Assembly (NCBI GenBank): GCA_964371655.1
Contig: CAYJOD010000001.1
Span: 84,572 to 148,571 of the forward strand
Direction: 5' to 3'
Length of the DNA stretch: 64,000 nucleotides
Source: an uncultured Candidatus Binatia bacterium
Lineage (GTDB): Bacteria > Desulfobacterota > Binatia > HRBIN30
Below, piece after piece: positions 27,573-36,822 of the stretch. How positions within the stretch are numbered: the first letter of the stretch is position 1; the number at the start of each line of letters is the position of its first letter. Both the position numbers and the translations under genes were made by a program. Under the pieces are notes generated by a model, which was not told the DNA's origin, made no database searches, and worked only from the letters and a program-made list of their open reading frames with translations.

Positions 27573-28318
27573 GATCCCACCTCCGGCATGTGCGGATAGT
27601 GACACTGCCAGCACACGTACTTCTCCTCATGGCTATCGATATCCACCTTAGGAGCCTCGGCGACCTTGGAGCCGATTGCGTGGCACTTGCCGCAGAAGGC
27701 ACGGTTCGTCGGCTTCTCCGCACGCGCCAGGTGCGGCGTGATCTTGTGCTGCTCGGGCGTCGCGTGACAGTTGGTGCAAGCCAGGCGCGCGTGTGGCGAC
27801 AGTGCTTTCGTGCGTTCTATCCCGCCGTGACAAGCGCCGCATTCTGTCGGCACGACCTTGGGCTTGGGATCGTGAGGGTTATGGCACGATACGCACGGAT
27901 CGATCGGATTGTGCGAGGCGGGATTGATCTGCGGGAAGCCCAGTGGCCGCGACACTTTGTAGGCGTGGCACTGCGGGCAGAAGTCGCGGCCGCGCGGGAT
28001 CCTCGGCTTCACAGCGGTCGGATCGTCCGCATGCGCCTGCGCCGCTCCATGACAGGTCTCGCAGGACATGGTGCGATGATAACCCTGCTCCTTGAGATCG
28101 TGCTGCTCAGGATGACACGGCGAGCACGCTCCGGCGCCGGCGAAATGCGGCTCTCTCGCGGTCTCCCGTGCAATCACCGAACGGATCTGAAACGCAGGAT
28201 CCTTCAGCGATTCAGGAATAAGGTAGCGGTGCCCGTAAAAGGCGGCACCGACAAGCGCTCCGGCGAGTATACCGAGCCGTAGCAACGGGTCTGGAATCTT
28301 TCCTAGGAATCTCAGCAT
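27569..28318 (-). CDS. Membrane-anchored octaheme c-type cytochrome
   Basis: Eight CxxCH motifs (CSPCH, CETCH, CPQCH, CVSCH, CGACH, CTNCH, CGKCH, CWQCH). N-terminal hydrophobic anchor. Confidence 0.85.
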   Translation of the reverse strand: MLRFLGKIPDPLLRLGILAGALVGAAFYGHRYLIPESLKDPAFQIRSVIARETAREPHFAGAGACSPCHPEQHDLKEQGYHRTMSCETCHGAAQAHADDPTAVKPRIPRGRDFCPQCHAYKVSRPLGFPQINPASHNPIDPCVSCHNPHDPKPKVVPTECGACHGGIERTKALSPHARLACTNCHATPEQHKITPHLARAEKPTNRAFCGKCHAIGSKVAEAPKVDIDSHEEKYVCWQCHYPHMPEVGS

Positions 28319-28470
28319 GCCCCCTTCCCCTTTCGCTACAACTCAGCGCCAAAGTCGCCTCATCGAGCCGTGCATCGACCACAACACCGCGCAACCGCAC
28401 GCGCGCAGCGATGGATCGACTGTAAAGTCCCGGCACAAGACGCGCTCAGGCGCGCTTGGGCAGATGGCAT

Positions 28471-28488
28471 AAGCACAGACCGTGCCCC
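28471..28488 (-). promoter_or_regulatory. Sigma-54-like -24/-12 element upstream of the octaheme operon (weak call)
   Basis: Minus strand reads GGCACGGTCTGTGCTT with GG-N10-GC spacing, about 155 nt upstream of the start at 28318. The -12 element is GTGC rather than TTGC. Confidence 0.3.
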
Positions 28489-28923
28489 ATACGTTTCGAT
28501 TGCCCAAGGGCCGCGTCGGGCTGCGCTGGTCACCTGGAATTCCCATTCCAGGGATCTTGTCCACCCATTTTTTTGCACGGTCGAAACGTCAGCAGGCTCA
28601 ACGGCCATCGTACCCACAGTTTTCGGGAACGTTGACGCGAGGTCCGCCGCTCCTGACCATCTATCGCCCCAACAAGTGAGAGGCATAGCAGGCACTGACT
28701 GCGAGTTTGGGAAACATCTTCAGCGCAAACATGGTGCTTCCGAAGAAGGCGTCGAGACCTTCTAGGGAGAGAACATCGGTAATCGGCCGAGGGGGCGCAA
28801 CAGAATGGAGATCCGAGAGCCGAGAAGAAAGAACAAGAAGCGGCGAGCGCCCCGAATATCGAGAGCCCGGAGAGAGCGGCGCTCCCGGACCGACCAAGAT
28901 TGCGGCGGACAAGGGTGTCCGTT

Positions 28924-29913
28924 ATGCACCCGTTGCCCATGGCTACCGGCGACTTGGTGAAGCGACTCCTGAGCGGGGACCGCGTGGCGCTCGCCAAGCT
29001 GATCACGCTGGTCGAGAATCGTCACCCGGACACGACCGTCGTCATGAGCGCGATCCACTCGCGCTGCGGGCGTGCCTACAAGATCGGTATCACCGGGCCA
29101 CCCGGCGCCGGCAAGTCGACTCTGGTCAATCGACTCATCGGCTTGCTGCGTGCGAGAGACCACAGCGTTGGCGTGATCGCCGTCGACCCGTCAAGTCCGT
29201 TCTCCGGTGGCGCCGTGCTCGGCGATCGCATCCGTATGCAGGCGCATGCGTTGGATAATCAAGTTTTCATTCGCAGTCTGAGCACGCGCGGAAGCCATGG
29301 GGGATTGGCCCGCGCGACTCACAACGTCGTGCAGTTGTTCGATGCGTTCGGCAAGGACTTCATCTTGATCGAGACCGTCGGCGTCGGTCAGACCGAACTC
29401 GACGTGATGGGCCTGGCGGATACGACCGTAGTCGTCCTAGTACCGGAGGCGGGCGATACGATTCAAACCATGAAGGCCGGTCTACTCGAAATCGCCAACA
29501 TCTTCGTCGTCAACAAAGCCGACCGCGACGGAGCTTCCCGGATCAAGACGGAACTCGAGACGATGCTGCAGCTACGCGCCGCCGGAGAATGGACGGTGCC
29601 GGTTCTTCTCACGGAAGCGGCATCGACAGGGCAAGGCGTCGCCGAGTTATTGGAAACTATCCTTCGCCACCGCGCCCTCTGGCTGCGCACCGGTAGAGGC
29701 GAAGCCCACGAAGCGGCGGCAAGACGCGATGAGTTCTTTGCCGTCCTGCGCGACGAACTTACCCGCCGCATCGAGAGCGGTGCGCACGCGGGACGTCTGC
29801 ACGACCTCCTCCAGAGAGTCGAGACCGGAAGCGTCGATCCCTATCGAGCTGCCCTCGACGTCGTCGCTGACGTGGATTGCCTGCGCTCTTTGCTCGAGAC
29901 GCCGTCGCGATAG
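28924..29913 (+). CDS. meaB: MeaB/ArgK-type G3E GTPase (methylmalonyl-CoA mutase chaperone family)
   Basis: ITGPPGAGKSTLVN P-loop, ETVGVGQ, VVNKADRDGA. Start could be 28900, 28924 or 28939. Confidence 0.85.
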   Translation: MHPLPMATGDLVKRLLSGDRVALAKLITLVENRHPDTTVVMSAIHSRCGRAYKIGITGPPGAGKSTLVNRLIGLLRARDHSVGVIAVDPSSPFSGGAVLGDRIRMQAHALDNQVFIRSLSTRGSHGGLARATHNVVQLFDAFGKDFILIETVGVGQTELDVMGLADTTVVVLVPEAGDTIQTMKAGLLEIANIFVVNKADRDGASRIKTELETMLQLRAAGEWTVPVLLTEAASTGQGVAELLETILRHRALWLRTGRGEAHEAAARRDEFFAVLRDELTRRIESGAHAGRLHDLLQRVETGSVDPYRAALDVVADVDCLRSLLETPSR

Positions 29914-30183
29914 GTGCACGCGATCGAGTTACCAATACAGAGCCGCGTGACCCAAAGCCGGAGGCGTCAGTCGGCGCGGGGATCTCTAGGCCAACTCCAT
30001 CGACACCGGTGAATCGGTCAGACTGCCGCCAAGCCACTTCAAACTGATCCAGCCTTTGCGCCCGACTTCTGTCACTTGCATCGGTCGCAACTGGGAGCGC
30101 GGGGGGCGCGTCCGCCGTGCACAGACGCGCATTGCCATCGAGAACGGACCGGTTCCCACCATGGCCGCGCTCCCAGCGTCTCG

Positions 30184-30654
30184 CTAACCGTCGAAATTGA
30201 CGGCCGCGGCGACTCGAAACGGCTCGATATCGTCGGCCGTTTCGTCTTCGCCAGCCGCCGCGGTTGCGGCGCTGGCACCAAGGGCTCCGTTGCACACGAC
30301 GTGGAGGCGGCTCGGGTGGCGCAGGCGAGCCCAGCTTTCTTCCGTCTTGGCGGCGTAGCGACGACCGTTCATCGGAAGCCGCGGGGCGCTACGCTTCGTC
30401 ACGCAACGGCGCACGTACTCGGCCTCGATACCGAGCGCGTTGCAAATCGAAACGAAAGCGAACGGCCGGAGGTGGTCATCTGACTCCAGCCATTGTCGTT
30501 CTTCTACCCATGAACGACCGCAGGCAATGCGGGCGGCGCCCGCCTGGCGCAGGATGCGAACCGCGTCCATCAACACAGCCAACATGAGGCGCCGCTCACC
30601 ATCCTCCGGGAGGGCGTCGAGGAATCGAATGCCGCTACCCTGGTTCGTGCTCAT
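30184..30654 (-). CDS. Hypothetical protein
   Basis: ORF with ATG at 30654 (MSTNQGSG...). No domain recognised. Confidence 0.45.
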   Translation of the reverse strand: MSTNQGSGIRFLDALPEDGERRLMLAVLMDAVRILRQAGAARIACGRSWVEERQWLESDDHLRPFAFVSICNALGIEAEYVRRCVTKRSAPRLPMNGRRYAAKTEESWARLRHPSRLHVVCNGALGASAATAAAGEDETADDIEPFRVAAAVNFDG

Positions 30655-30857
30655 GTCCACAGGATACGCCCGCTCGATGGGTCTGAACAATCGCGTCAAT
30701 CGGGCATTCGCTTGGGAGTGAATAGGGAGCGCACCGCCCGGAACTGGGGAGGTGGGCGAAAACCCTACTGTCTCGCTTCATAAATTCAGCAACGCGTCTG
30801 CGGCCGGCTGTGCCGGCCGAGTCGGGGATTTGTCGCCCAATCGGTGCGGGCCGGTCC

Positions 30858-31481
30858 TTAGCCGGCAGGCGTGATGCCGTTGCGAATTGCGTAACGCACC
30901 AGCTCCGCCGTCGAATGCAGATCGAGCTTATCAATGATGTGCTTGCGGTGCGACTCGACCGTGTTCACGGAGATCTCCAGTTGCTCCGCAACTTCACGGT
31001 TGGAGGCGCCACCCGAGATCAGTGCCAGCACCGAGCGTTCGCGCGCGCTGAGAACGTCCGGCGCGGCGCCCTTGCCGGTGCCCATGCCGCTCATGTGGCT
31101 GAACACCAGCTGTCCCGCGGCAACGCCGATTACCGCGGCGACCACTTCCTCATAATCTGCGTCCTTGAGGAGGTAGCCGTGCGCGCCCGCGGCTCGGCTC
31201 TGCTCGACGTACTGCGCGTCGCCGTACATGGAAAGCATCAGTACGCGCACCGTCGGGGTCTTCTGCAGGATCTGCCTGGTCGCGTCGATGCCGTTCATTC
31301 CAGGCAGGGCAACGTCCATGACGATCACGTCGGGCGTCAAAGCAATCGCGCCAGAGATCGCCCCCTCACCGTCGTGGGCCTCGCCGACCACGGCGATGTC
31401 GGAGCGCGAATCGAAGATCCGACGCAGACCTCGCCGCACCACGGTGTGGTCGTCAACCAAGAGCACTCGTACTGGAACCAT
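30858..31481 (-). CDS. NarL/FixJ-family response regulator (REC + LuxR HTH)
   Basis: VRVLLVDDHTVVRRGL receiver. LSARERSVLALISGGASNREVAEQLEISVNTVESHRKHI HTH. Confidence 0.9.
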   Translation of the reverse strand: MVPVRVLLVDDHTVVRRGLRRIFDSRSDIAVVGEAHDGEGAISGAIALTPDVIVMDVALPGMNGIDATRQILQKTPTVRVLMLSMYGDAQYVEQSRAAGAHGYLLKDADYEEVVAAVIGVAAGQLVFSHMSGMGTGKGAAPDVLSARERSVLALISGGASNREVAEQLEISVNTVESHRKHIIDKLDLHSTAELVRYAIRNGITPAG

Positions 31482-31994
31482 CCTGAGCCACTACACCCCA
31501 ATCGGCATCACTATACGGGCACCTGATCACAGGCGTAAATCCCCTCAACCCGGGAGAACTGCCATCCGAAATCGGTGAGAACCTAGTCGAAACACCGCCA
31601 GACAAGGCGGCACCGTCCCTAGAGCGAACGTCGATGAAGGTGTTTCCAGGAATGCGACTGCTTAGTCTGAAAGCCTCAATTTGAACCGCGGATGAACGTG
31701 GATGGACACGGATTCGGAAGGGAAGCACTTCCTTTCGGAGCGTATCGATTTTGTCCAGGCTAATTCATCGCCTGAATCTCTGCATGTCCGGTTTCTGGCT
31801 GGTCTTATCCGCGTTCATCAGTGTCCATCCGTGGTTCCAACTGAGTGATTCGGGCGCAGGCGCTTCAGATGCTGTGAAGAAGATGCTGCTCAAGTGGTGC
31901 AGGCGTCCCTGCCTGCGCCACCTGCAGGCAGGGAGGGCCCCACGACCGCGTGATACGTGAGCGGGAGCCACCCGGCGGAAGCTGGCGCCGCTGA

Positions 31995-32639
31995 CTATTG
32001 AATCAGCCCCTTGCGCACCGCAAACCGTACCAGCGCCGCGGTGTTGTGTAAGTCGAGCTTTTCCATGATGTGCTTGCGGTGGCTCTCGACCGTGCTCAGC
32101 GACAGGTTCAACATTTGGGCGACTTCCTTGCTGCTACGCCCTTCGGCAATGAGGGGGAGAACCTCGCGCTCGCGATCCGACAAAGACGATAGCTCATCGG
32201 CAGGTCCGGCATCCTCGCTGAGGTATCCTTGCAAGATCACCCGCGACACTCCCGGGCTAAAGTAGGAGCCGCCCCGGTGCAGCGCAACGACCGCCTTCAG
32301 CAAGTCCTGGTCATCGGCATCCTTGAGCAAATACCCTTGGGCACCGGCCTTAAGCGCCTGGCGGATGTAAGCATCCTCGGCATGCATGGAGAGAATCAAA
32401 ATGCGTGTCGCCGGCGACACCTTGGCCGCTTGCCGAGTCACTTCGATGCCGTTCATGCTCGGCAGACTGATGTCGACGATCGCGACGCCGGGCTGCAGCT
32501 TCTCGATCGCCTCGAGGGCGGCGCGCCCATCACCGACTTCGGCAACGATCTCGATCTGATCGTCCGTCTGCAAGATGCGGCGCAGTCCCTGGCGGACTAC
32601 CGTGTGATCCTCCGCCAACAGCACTCGAATCGTCCCCAT
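31995..32639 (-). CDS. NarL/FixJ-family response regulator
   Basis: MGTIRVLLAEDHTVVRQGL receiver. LSDREREVLPLIAEGRSSKEVAQMLNLSLSTVESHRKHI HTH. Lies 10 nt downstream of the kinase gene. Confidence 0.9.
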   Translation of the reverse strand: MGTIRVLLAEDHTVVRQGLRRILQTDDQIEIVAEVGDGRAALEAIEKLQPGVAIVDISLPSMNGIEVTRQAAKVSPATRILILSMHAEDAYIRQALKAGAQGYLLKDADDQDLLKAVVALHRGGSYFSPGVSRVILQGYLSEDAGPADELSSLSDREREVLPLIAEGRSSKEVAQMLNLSLSTVESHRKHIMEKLDLHNTAALVRFAVRKGLIQ

Positions 32640-32649
32640 GCTCGTCCTT

Positions 32650-33963
32650 TCAACCAGTCGCTTCCACAATCGGAATGGTGAGCCTGACCACGGTGCCCTT
32701 CTCCGGCGCCGATTCGATGTGGAAGTCACCGCCATAAGTCGCCACCCGTTCGCGCATACCGACGACGCCGATGCCACGATCGGCTGGCGGTCGGTCGTGC
32801 AAGACCTGGGCGTCAAATCCGCGCCCGTCATCCCTGATGTCGAGCGCGATTGTGGCGCCGTCGCTTTGCAACGCTACGCCGACGTGACTGGCATCCGCGT
32901 GCCGCGCGACGTTGGTCAGCGCTTCCTGGAATACACGATAGAGCGCCACTTCGATCGCCTGCGGAAAACGCTCGCTGGCGCCGCTCACGTCCAGGGTTAG
33001 GTCGATGCCGGTGCGCTCGCGGAAGCGCTCGGCGTACCATTGCATCGCCGGCACCAGTCCGAGGTCGTCGAGCACGGGCGGACGTAGCAGCTGCGACAGA
33101 CTGCGCATCGACTGCAAAACCGCGCTGATCTGCTCGCGCGCCTCTTTCACGAGCGCGCGTAACGGCCCGTCGGCGGGCAGTTGGCGATCAATCATCCCCA
33201 GATCCATGCGCACCGCCGTCAGCGCCTGTCCGAGATCGTCGTGCAGCTCGCGTACCAGGTGTCGCATCATCGCTTCGCTCGATTGCATCATGTTGCGCGA
33301 TAGCTCGCGCAGATTCTGCTGGTGGCGCAGCGACTCCTGATAGAGACGGTCTTTGTCGCGGACGAGCTCTTCGAGACGCGCATCGCGCTGTTCGAGGATC
33401 GAGAAGAACCGCAAGCTTCCCCCGATCAAGATTCCGAAGGTCAAGACCTGGAAGGCCAGGGCCACACGCATGCGGGCTAGCATCGATACCGCTTCGACGC
33501 TCGGCGACGGCAGCCATCCGAGAAAGTCGACCACAGTCAGCCCCAGCGCCAAGATCACCGTGGTGATCAGACTGAGAAAGCCCACGTCGGCGCTGTAGAT
33601 GAGACCATAGCTGGCGATCTTCACCACAAAGATGGGCAGCAGCGGGCTGTGCACCCCGTCCGACCAATACGCCGCCGTCACCATCGGTATCAGATTTGCG
33701 ATGATGTCGAGCCACACGAGTCCGACGGTCATACGCTCGCGGCGCTGTGGCAGGTACAGAGCGAGATTGACCAGACCGTACCCGATAAAGTTAATATGCA
33801 ACGGCAGAGCGGCCACCGTGTGCGGACTGTAGTTGATGTAGAGAACCCCCCACGCGGCCACTCCTTCGAGCCACCGCACCAGAAGGATCAGCAGAGCAGA
33901 CGCACGAATGCGCTCGCCCTGAAGCGCCGGTCGGGTGAGAACATGGAACGGAGTCGATGGCAT
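32650..33963 (-). CDS. Membrane sensor histidine kinase, HisKA_3 (NarX/DesK-like) type
   Basis: Multi-TM N-terminus. H-box ELHDDLGQALTAV. HATPase segments NVARHA, DDGRGF, GIGVVGMRERV. Confidence 0.85.
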   Translation of the reverse strand: MPSTPFHVLTRPALQGERIRASALLILLVRWLEGVAAWGVLYINYSPHTVAALPLHINFIGYGLVNLALYLPQRRERMTVGLVWLDIIANLIPMVTAAYWSDGVHSPLLPIFVVKIASYGLIYSADVGFLSLITTVILALGLTVVDFLGWLPSPSVEAVSMLARMRVALAFQVLTFGILIGGSLRFFSILEQRDARLEELVRDKDRLYQESLRHQQNLRELSRNMMQSSEAMMRHLVRELHDDLGQALTAVRMDLGMIDRQLPADGPLRALVKEAREQISAVLQSMRSLSQLLRPPVLDDLGLVPAMQWYAERFRERTGIDLTLDVSGASERFPQAIEVALYRVFQEALTNVARHADASHVGVALQSDGATIALDIRDDGRGFDAQVLHDRPPADRGIGVVGMRERVATYGGDFHIESAPEKGTVVRLTIPIVEATG

Positions 33964-34225
33964 GTTGTGCTTTCCATGGGCGTATAGTCCAAATGAGGGG
34001 CGCAAGGGAAATGCGCGCTCGCTCCCCCCTGCCCTGCGAGTTGGCACTCTCCAACTCGCCCCCCTCGGGCTCGTCTGCGGCCTACATCTGGCAACGCCAC
34101 CACCTGCGATCGTTGCTCCACTCGCACCGCGCCCGCGACCGCCCACGACCTTGCGAGCCTATAGATCCTATGGTACCCAAGCGGGCCATTGCGCGGCCGA
34201 CCCGTCAGGGCGACCGCGGCACTGA

Positions 34226-34298
34226 TCCCCGGTAGCTCAGTCGGTAGAGCGTTCGGCTGTTAACCGAAATGTCGCTGGTTCGAGCCCGGCCCGGGGAG
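34226..34298 (+). tRNA. tRNA-Asn (anticodon GUU)
   Basis: Full cloverleaf read by hand: acceptor TCCCCGG/CCGGGGA, D-arm GCTC-AGTCGGTA-GAGC, anticodon arm TTCGG-CTGTTAA-CCGAA, variable ATGTC, T-arm GCTGG-TTCGAGC-CCGGC, discriminator G. CCA is not encoded. Confidence 0.95.
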
Positions 34299-34304
34299 TT
34301 GGAA
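34262..34304 (+). repeat. Direct repeat copy 1 (attL-like; tRNA-Asn 3' half plus 6 nt)
   Basis: AACCGAAATGTCGCTGGTTCGAGCCCGGCCCGGGGAGTTGGAA is identical to 36823-36865. Confidence 0.95.
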
Positions 34305-34466
34305 AATCAAGGGGTTGGAGCCGCAAGGTTCCAGCCCCTCTGTGTTTGGTCCGAATCTAGGCCGAATGTTCCGGGTAGATTCGCATTACACAGCTCGCAA
34401 CTGCACCAGTTTGCGCGCGGCGTTCATCGTTGCGCCGGTCCCGGTCTTGTTCTACAGGGCGACGCC

Positions 34467-34694
34467 ATGCCGCTACCGTTGACGCCGAGCCCGGTCGCTG
34501 AACGCAAAACGATCGCCGAAATGCTTGGCGAATATCTGCGAGAAGCCGCCGTGCTTGTGGGCGTGTTCGCGATTCTAGACAAGCTCGTGCAGGGTGACGC
34601 AATGTCGTCGGGATGGATCATCGCGGCAGCGATCACGAGCCTGTGCCTCTTGGCCGTCGGCATCGCAATTGAGCGCGCCCGCAAAGGCGATTGA
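34467..34694 (+). CDS. Small two-TM membrane protein
   Basis: ATG 34467 (MPLPLTPSPV...). Hydrophobic helices AAVLVGVFAILDKLV and WIIAAAITSLCLLAVGIAI. Confidence 0.4.
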   Translation: MPLPLTPSPVAERKTIAEMLGEYLREAAVLVGVFAILDKLVQGDAMSSGWIIAAAITSLCLLAVGIAIERARKGD

Positions 34695-34741
34695 CCCGCC
34701 GCCCGGGTAGGACCTATGGTAGTCGGCAGGAAGGGAAGGCC

Positions 34742-34852
34742 ATGCAAGAATACTTCTCGTTGATCATATTTGCCGCCGCTATGGCCGTCGTCGCCGCCTT
34801 CGGTTTCTACTTCGCCGCCAAGGAACGCAGAGAGAGCCAGCAGCGTCGCTAG
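34742..34852 (+). CDS. 36-aa single-TM peptide (below the ORF-track cut-off)
   Basis: MQEYFSLIIFAAAMAVVAAFGFYFAAKERRESQQRR read directly from the sequence. Speculative. Confidence 0.25.
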   Translation: MQEYFSLIIFAAAMAVVAAFGFYFAAKERRESQQRR

Positions 34853-34860
34853 TTTCGGTT

Positions 34861-35076
34861 TCATCGCTGCCCCTCGACAATCACGCCTCGCACCGCTTGC
34901 ATCCGACACCACAGGATGAAGCTCCACGCGCACACGTCGAGCAGCTCTTCCTCCACCTCGCCGACAAGCGCCTCCGGCTCCCTCCTGAAGCTCCGGTCAG
35001 CGTAGAGCTTCTCCCCTTCTTCTAGTCGTGCAGCAACCGCCGCTGAGAACGCGCGAAAGGCCTCGGCGTGGTTCAT
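34861..35076 (-). CDS. Small hypothetical protein (71 aa)
   Basis: MNHAEAFRAFSAAVAARLEEGEKLYADRSF... Its ATG overlaps the stop of an upstream reading frame (ATGA at 35073-35076). Confidence 0.4.
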   Translation of the reverse strand: MNHAEAFRAFSAAVAARLEEGEKLYADRSFRREPEALVGEVEEELLDVCAWSFILWCRMQAVRGVIVEGQR

Positions 35077-35375
35077 TGCAGCACCCGACTTGTGGGGAAC
35101 GCAGCCTTGACCTGTCCAATGGTGCGCAGCTCTTCGAGTGCTTTGCCGCGGAGTTGCTCGACTTCGTCGAAGAAAAGACTGGGTAACCGCTGCGCTCGAC
35201 GTCGGGATGGCCCGCCAAGCCTTCGCGGTCCCCCACGAGCCCCACCAAGGTCCCGTCGCGTAGGGTTGACCGGATGAGAACAGCCACAATATCGCCCTCG
35301 GTCGGGTTGCTGGTGACCGGCTTCGCCCCGTCGGGCCTTCACGATAGGTGCCCGCGCCTTCCACGTGTTCACTGT

Positions 35376-36260
35376 TCATCGCCCTAAGAGGGGTGAACAC
35401 CTGAACACCGGCAGCGACACGCTGCGAGCACTGCGGCGAGCGTTCGAGATGTCCGGCGCCCGTCGGCAAAGATCCGCGCTGAAAGTGCGAAAGAAACCGG
35501 CTGCTGCGTAGATTTCTACCAACCCTTGGGTCGCGACGACCGTTCCGTCGGGTTGCTCAATGAAGATTGGGCCACCTGACATCCCCGCGTCGAATTGACA
35601 ATCGATCTCGACGGAAGGTGCCTTCACGAGGTGGTGTCCAGTCAAGTCGTGGCGCCCGGTAATCGTTCCTTCCACGGCATTGATAGGGATTGTCAATGAG
35701 GCCCTTCCGGTAATCTCAGTGTCGTCCGCCGTTTGGTTTGCAACAGTCAGGGCAGGACAGCCGATACCTGTCACTCTCGTCCCAGGCTCCGGGCCATTGG
35801 AGTCAATGGTGAGGTGGTGCGTGAAAGTCGCATCGAACTGTTCGCGAATGCGCAGCAGTAGAACCGCTACGTCGTGTTCTCCATCGTCGGACCAAGCCTC
35901 GGTGATGTCACAGGGAGCCATACTTTCATCGGCGTACCAGTAAGCGGCAAGCATCTGTAGGTTCTTGAGCCGGTATCTTCGGTGGGCAGGTTTTGTCCGA
36001 CAATCTTCGGGCGTGCTAGGCGTATGCCTGTCTCGTCCGCCGTCAACACGCCTGATGTACTCGACGTTGTGCTTTGCCGTGAGAGCAAGGGCCTCTCGCT
36101 CAATCGCACTGACGATGAAGCAAGTCCCTACGGGGGTAATAGCCCCATCCTTTTCGATCACTAGAACTGGAAGGACCGCGCGCCGTAGCATCCTCGCGTT
36201 ATCGCTGTCCGGAGCCACGACTTTGAGATCGTCGAAGAGGAGGAGTATCCGTTCTTGCAT
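35376..36260 (-). CDS. Trypsin-like (S1/Trypsin_2) serine peptidase
   Basis: Catalytic-triad context LTAKHNV (His), HDVAVLLL (Asp), DAGMSGGPIF (Ser). Start taken at ATG 36260; the ORF extends to 36320. Confidence 0.7.
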   Translation of the reverse strand: MQERILLLFDDLKVVAPDSDNARMLRRAVLPVLVIEKDGAITPVGTCFIVSAIEREALALTAKHNVEYIRRVDGGRDRHTPSTPEDCRTKPAHRRYRLKNLQMLAAYWYADESMAPCDITEAWSDDGEHDVAVLLLRIREQFDATFTHHLTIDSNGPEPGTRVTGIGCPALTVANQTADDTEITGRASLTIPINAVEGTITGRHDLTGHHLVKAPSVEIDCQFDAGMSGGPIFIEQPDGTVVATQGLVEIYAAAGFFRTFSADLCRRAPDISNARRSARSVSLPVFRCSPLLGR

Positions 36261-36822
36261 ACGCGCGACGGGAAAATATGGAGCTTTCTCTCTACAACCG
36301 TTTGGTTCGGACGACGGCAACTACGGCATGGTGTAAGTTTCTGGATAGAGCGATTCGTGAATCAACGTGTCGATACGGTCTGCAGAGGTGGCCGGTCGGT
36401 CGACCGCGCGAACGCGCACGCCTGGCATCCCTCGAATTGCACGCCCACTTTCAGGAAGACCCGACGCACCGACATCAGCTTCGGTTACGGCGATGGAGCG
36501 ATCAGTACGCCAACCGCTCAGGTTGGGCCGAAAAGCCTCGGTAGCCCACAGCGAGCTAAGTGCGATGCAAACGGCGTTGAGACCTTCGCGCAGTTGGTCT
36601 TGCTCGTGTCCTTCCATGTGCGTCGCTGTGCCATATCACATGTGCGTGTATTCGCTGCGTGCTTGGCAGGAATGGGACAACGGCACTGTTTGTCCGCCTT
36701 TTGTCCGTGAACTCTTCCCAACACGGTTTCGGTTTGCGTTGCATTCCAAGCACGCTAGGGCACTGCGCTTATGGGTTTTTATGGGATGAGTAGGGATGCG
36801 TCGCGATCGGAAAACCGCTGTC

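Noticed and set aside
28700-28923. Purine-rich leader upstream of meaB with AGGGA...GGTAATCGG...GCAACAG...AGCCCGGAGA, vaguely reminiscent of a cobalamin riboswitch
   Set aside because: The conserved GCCACTG core and the B12 box are not matched (GCAACAG; AGCCCGGAGAGAGCGG). B12 riboswitches normally control B12 synthesis, transport or B12-independent isozymes, not a mutase chaperone. An Infernal scan would be needed to revive this.
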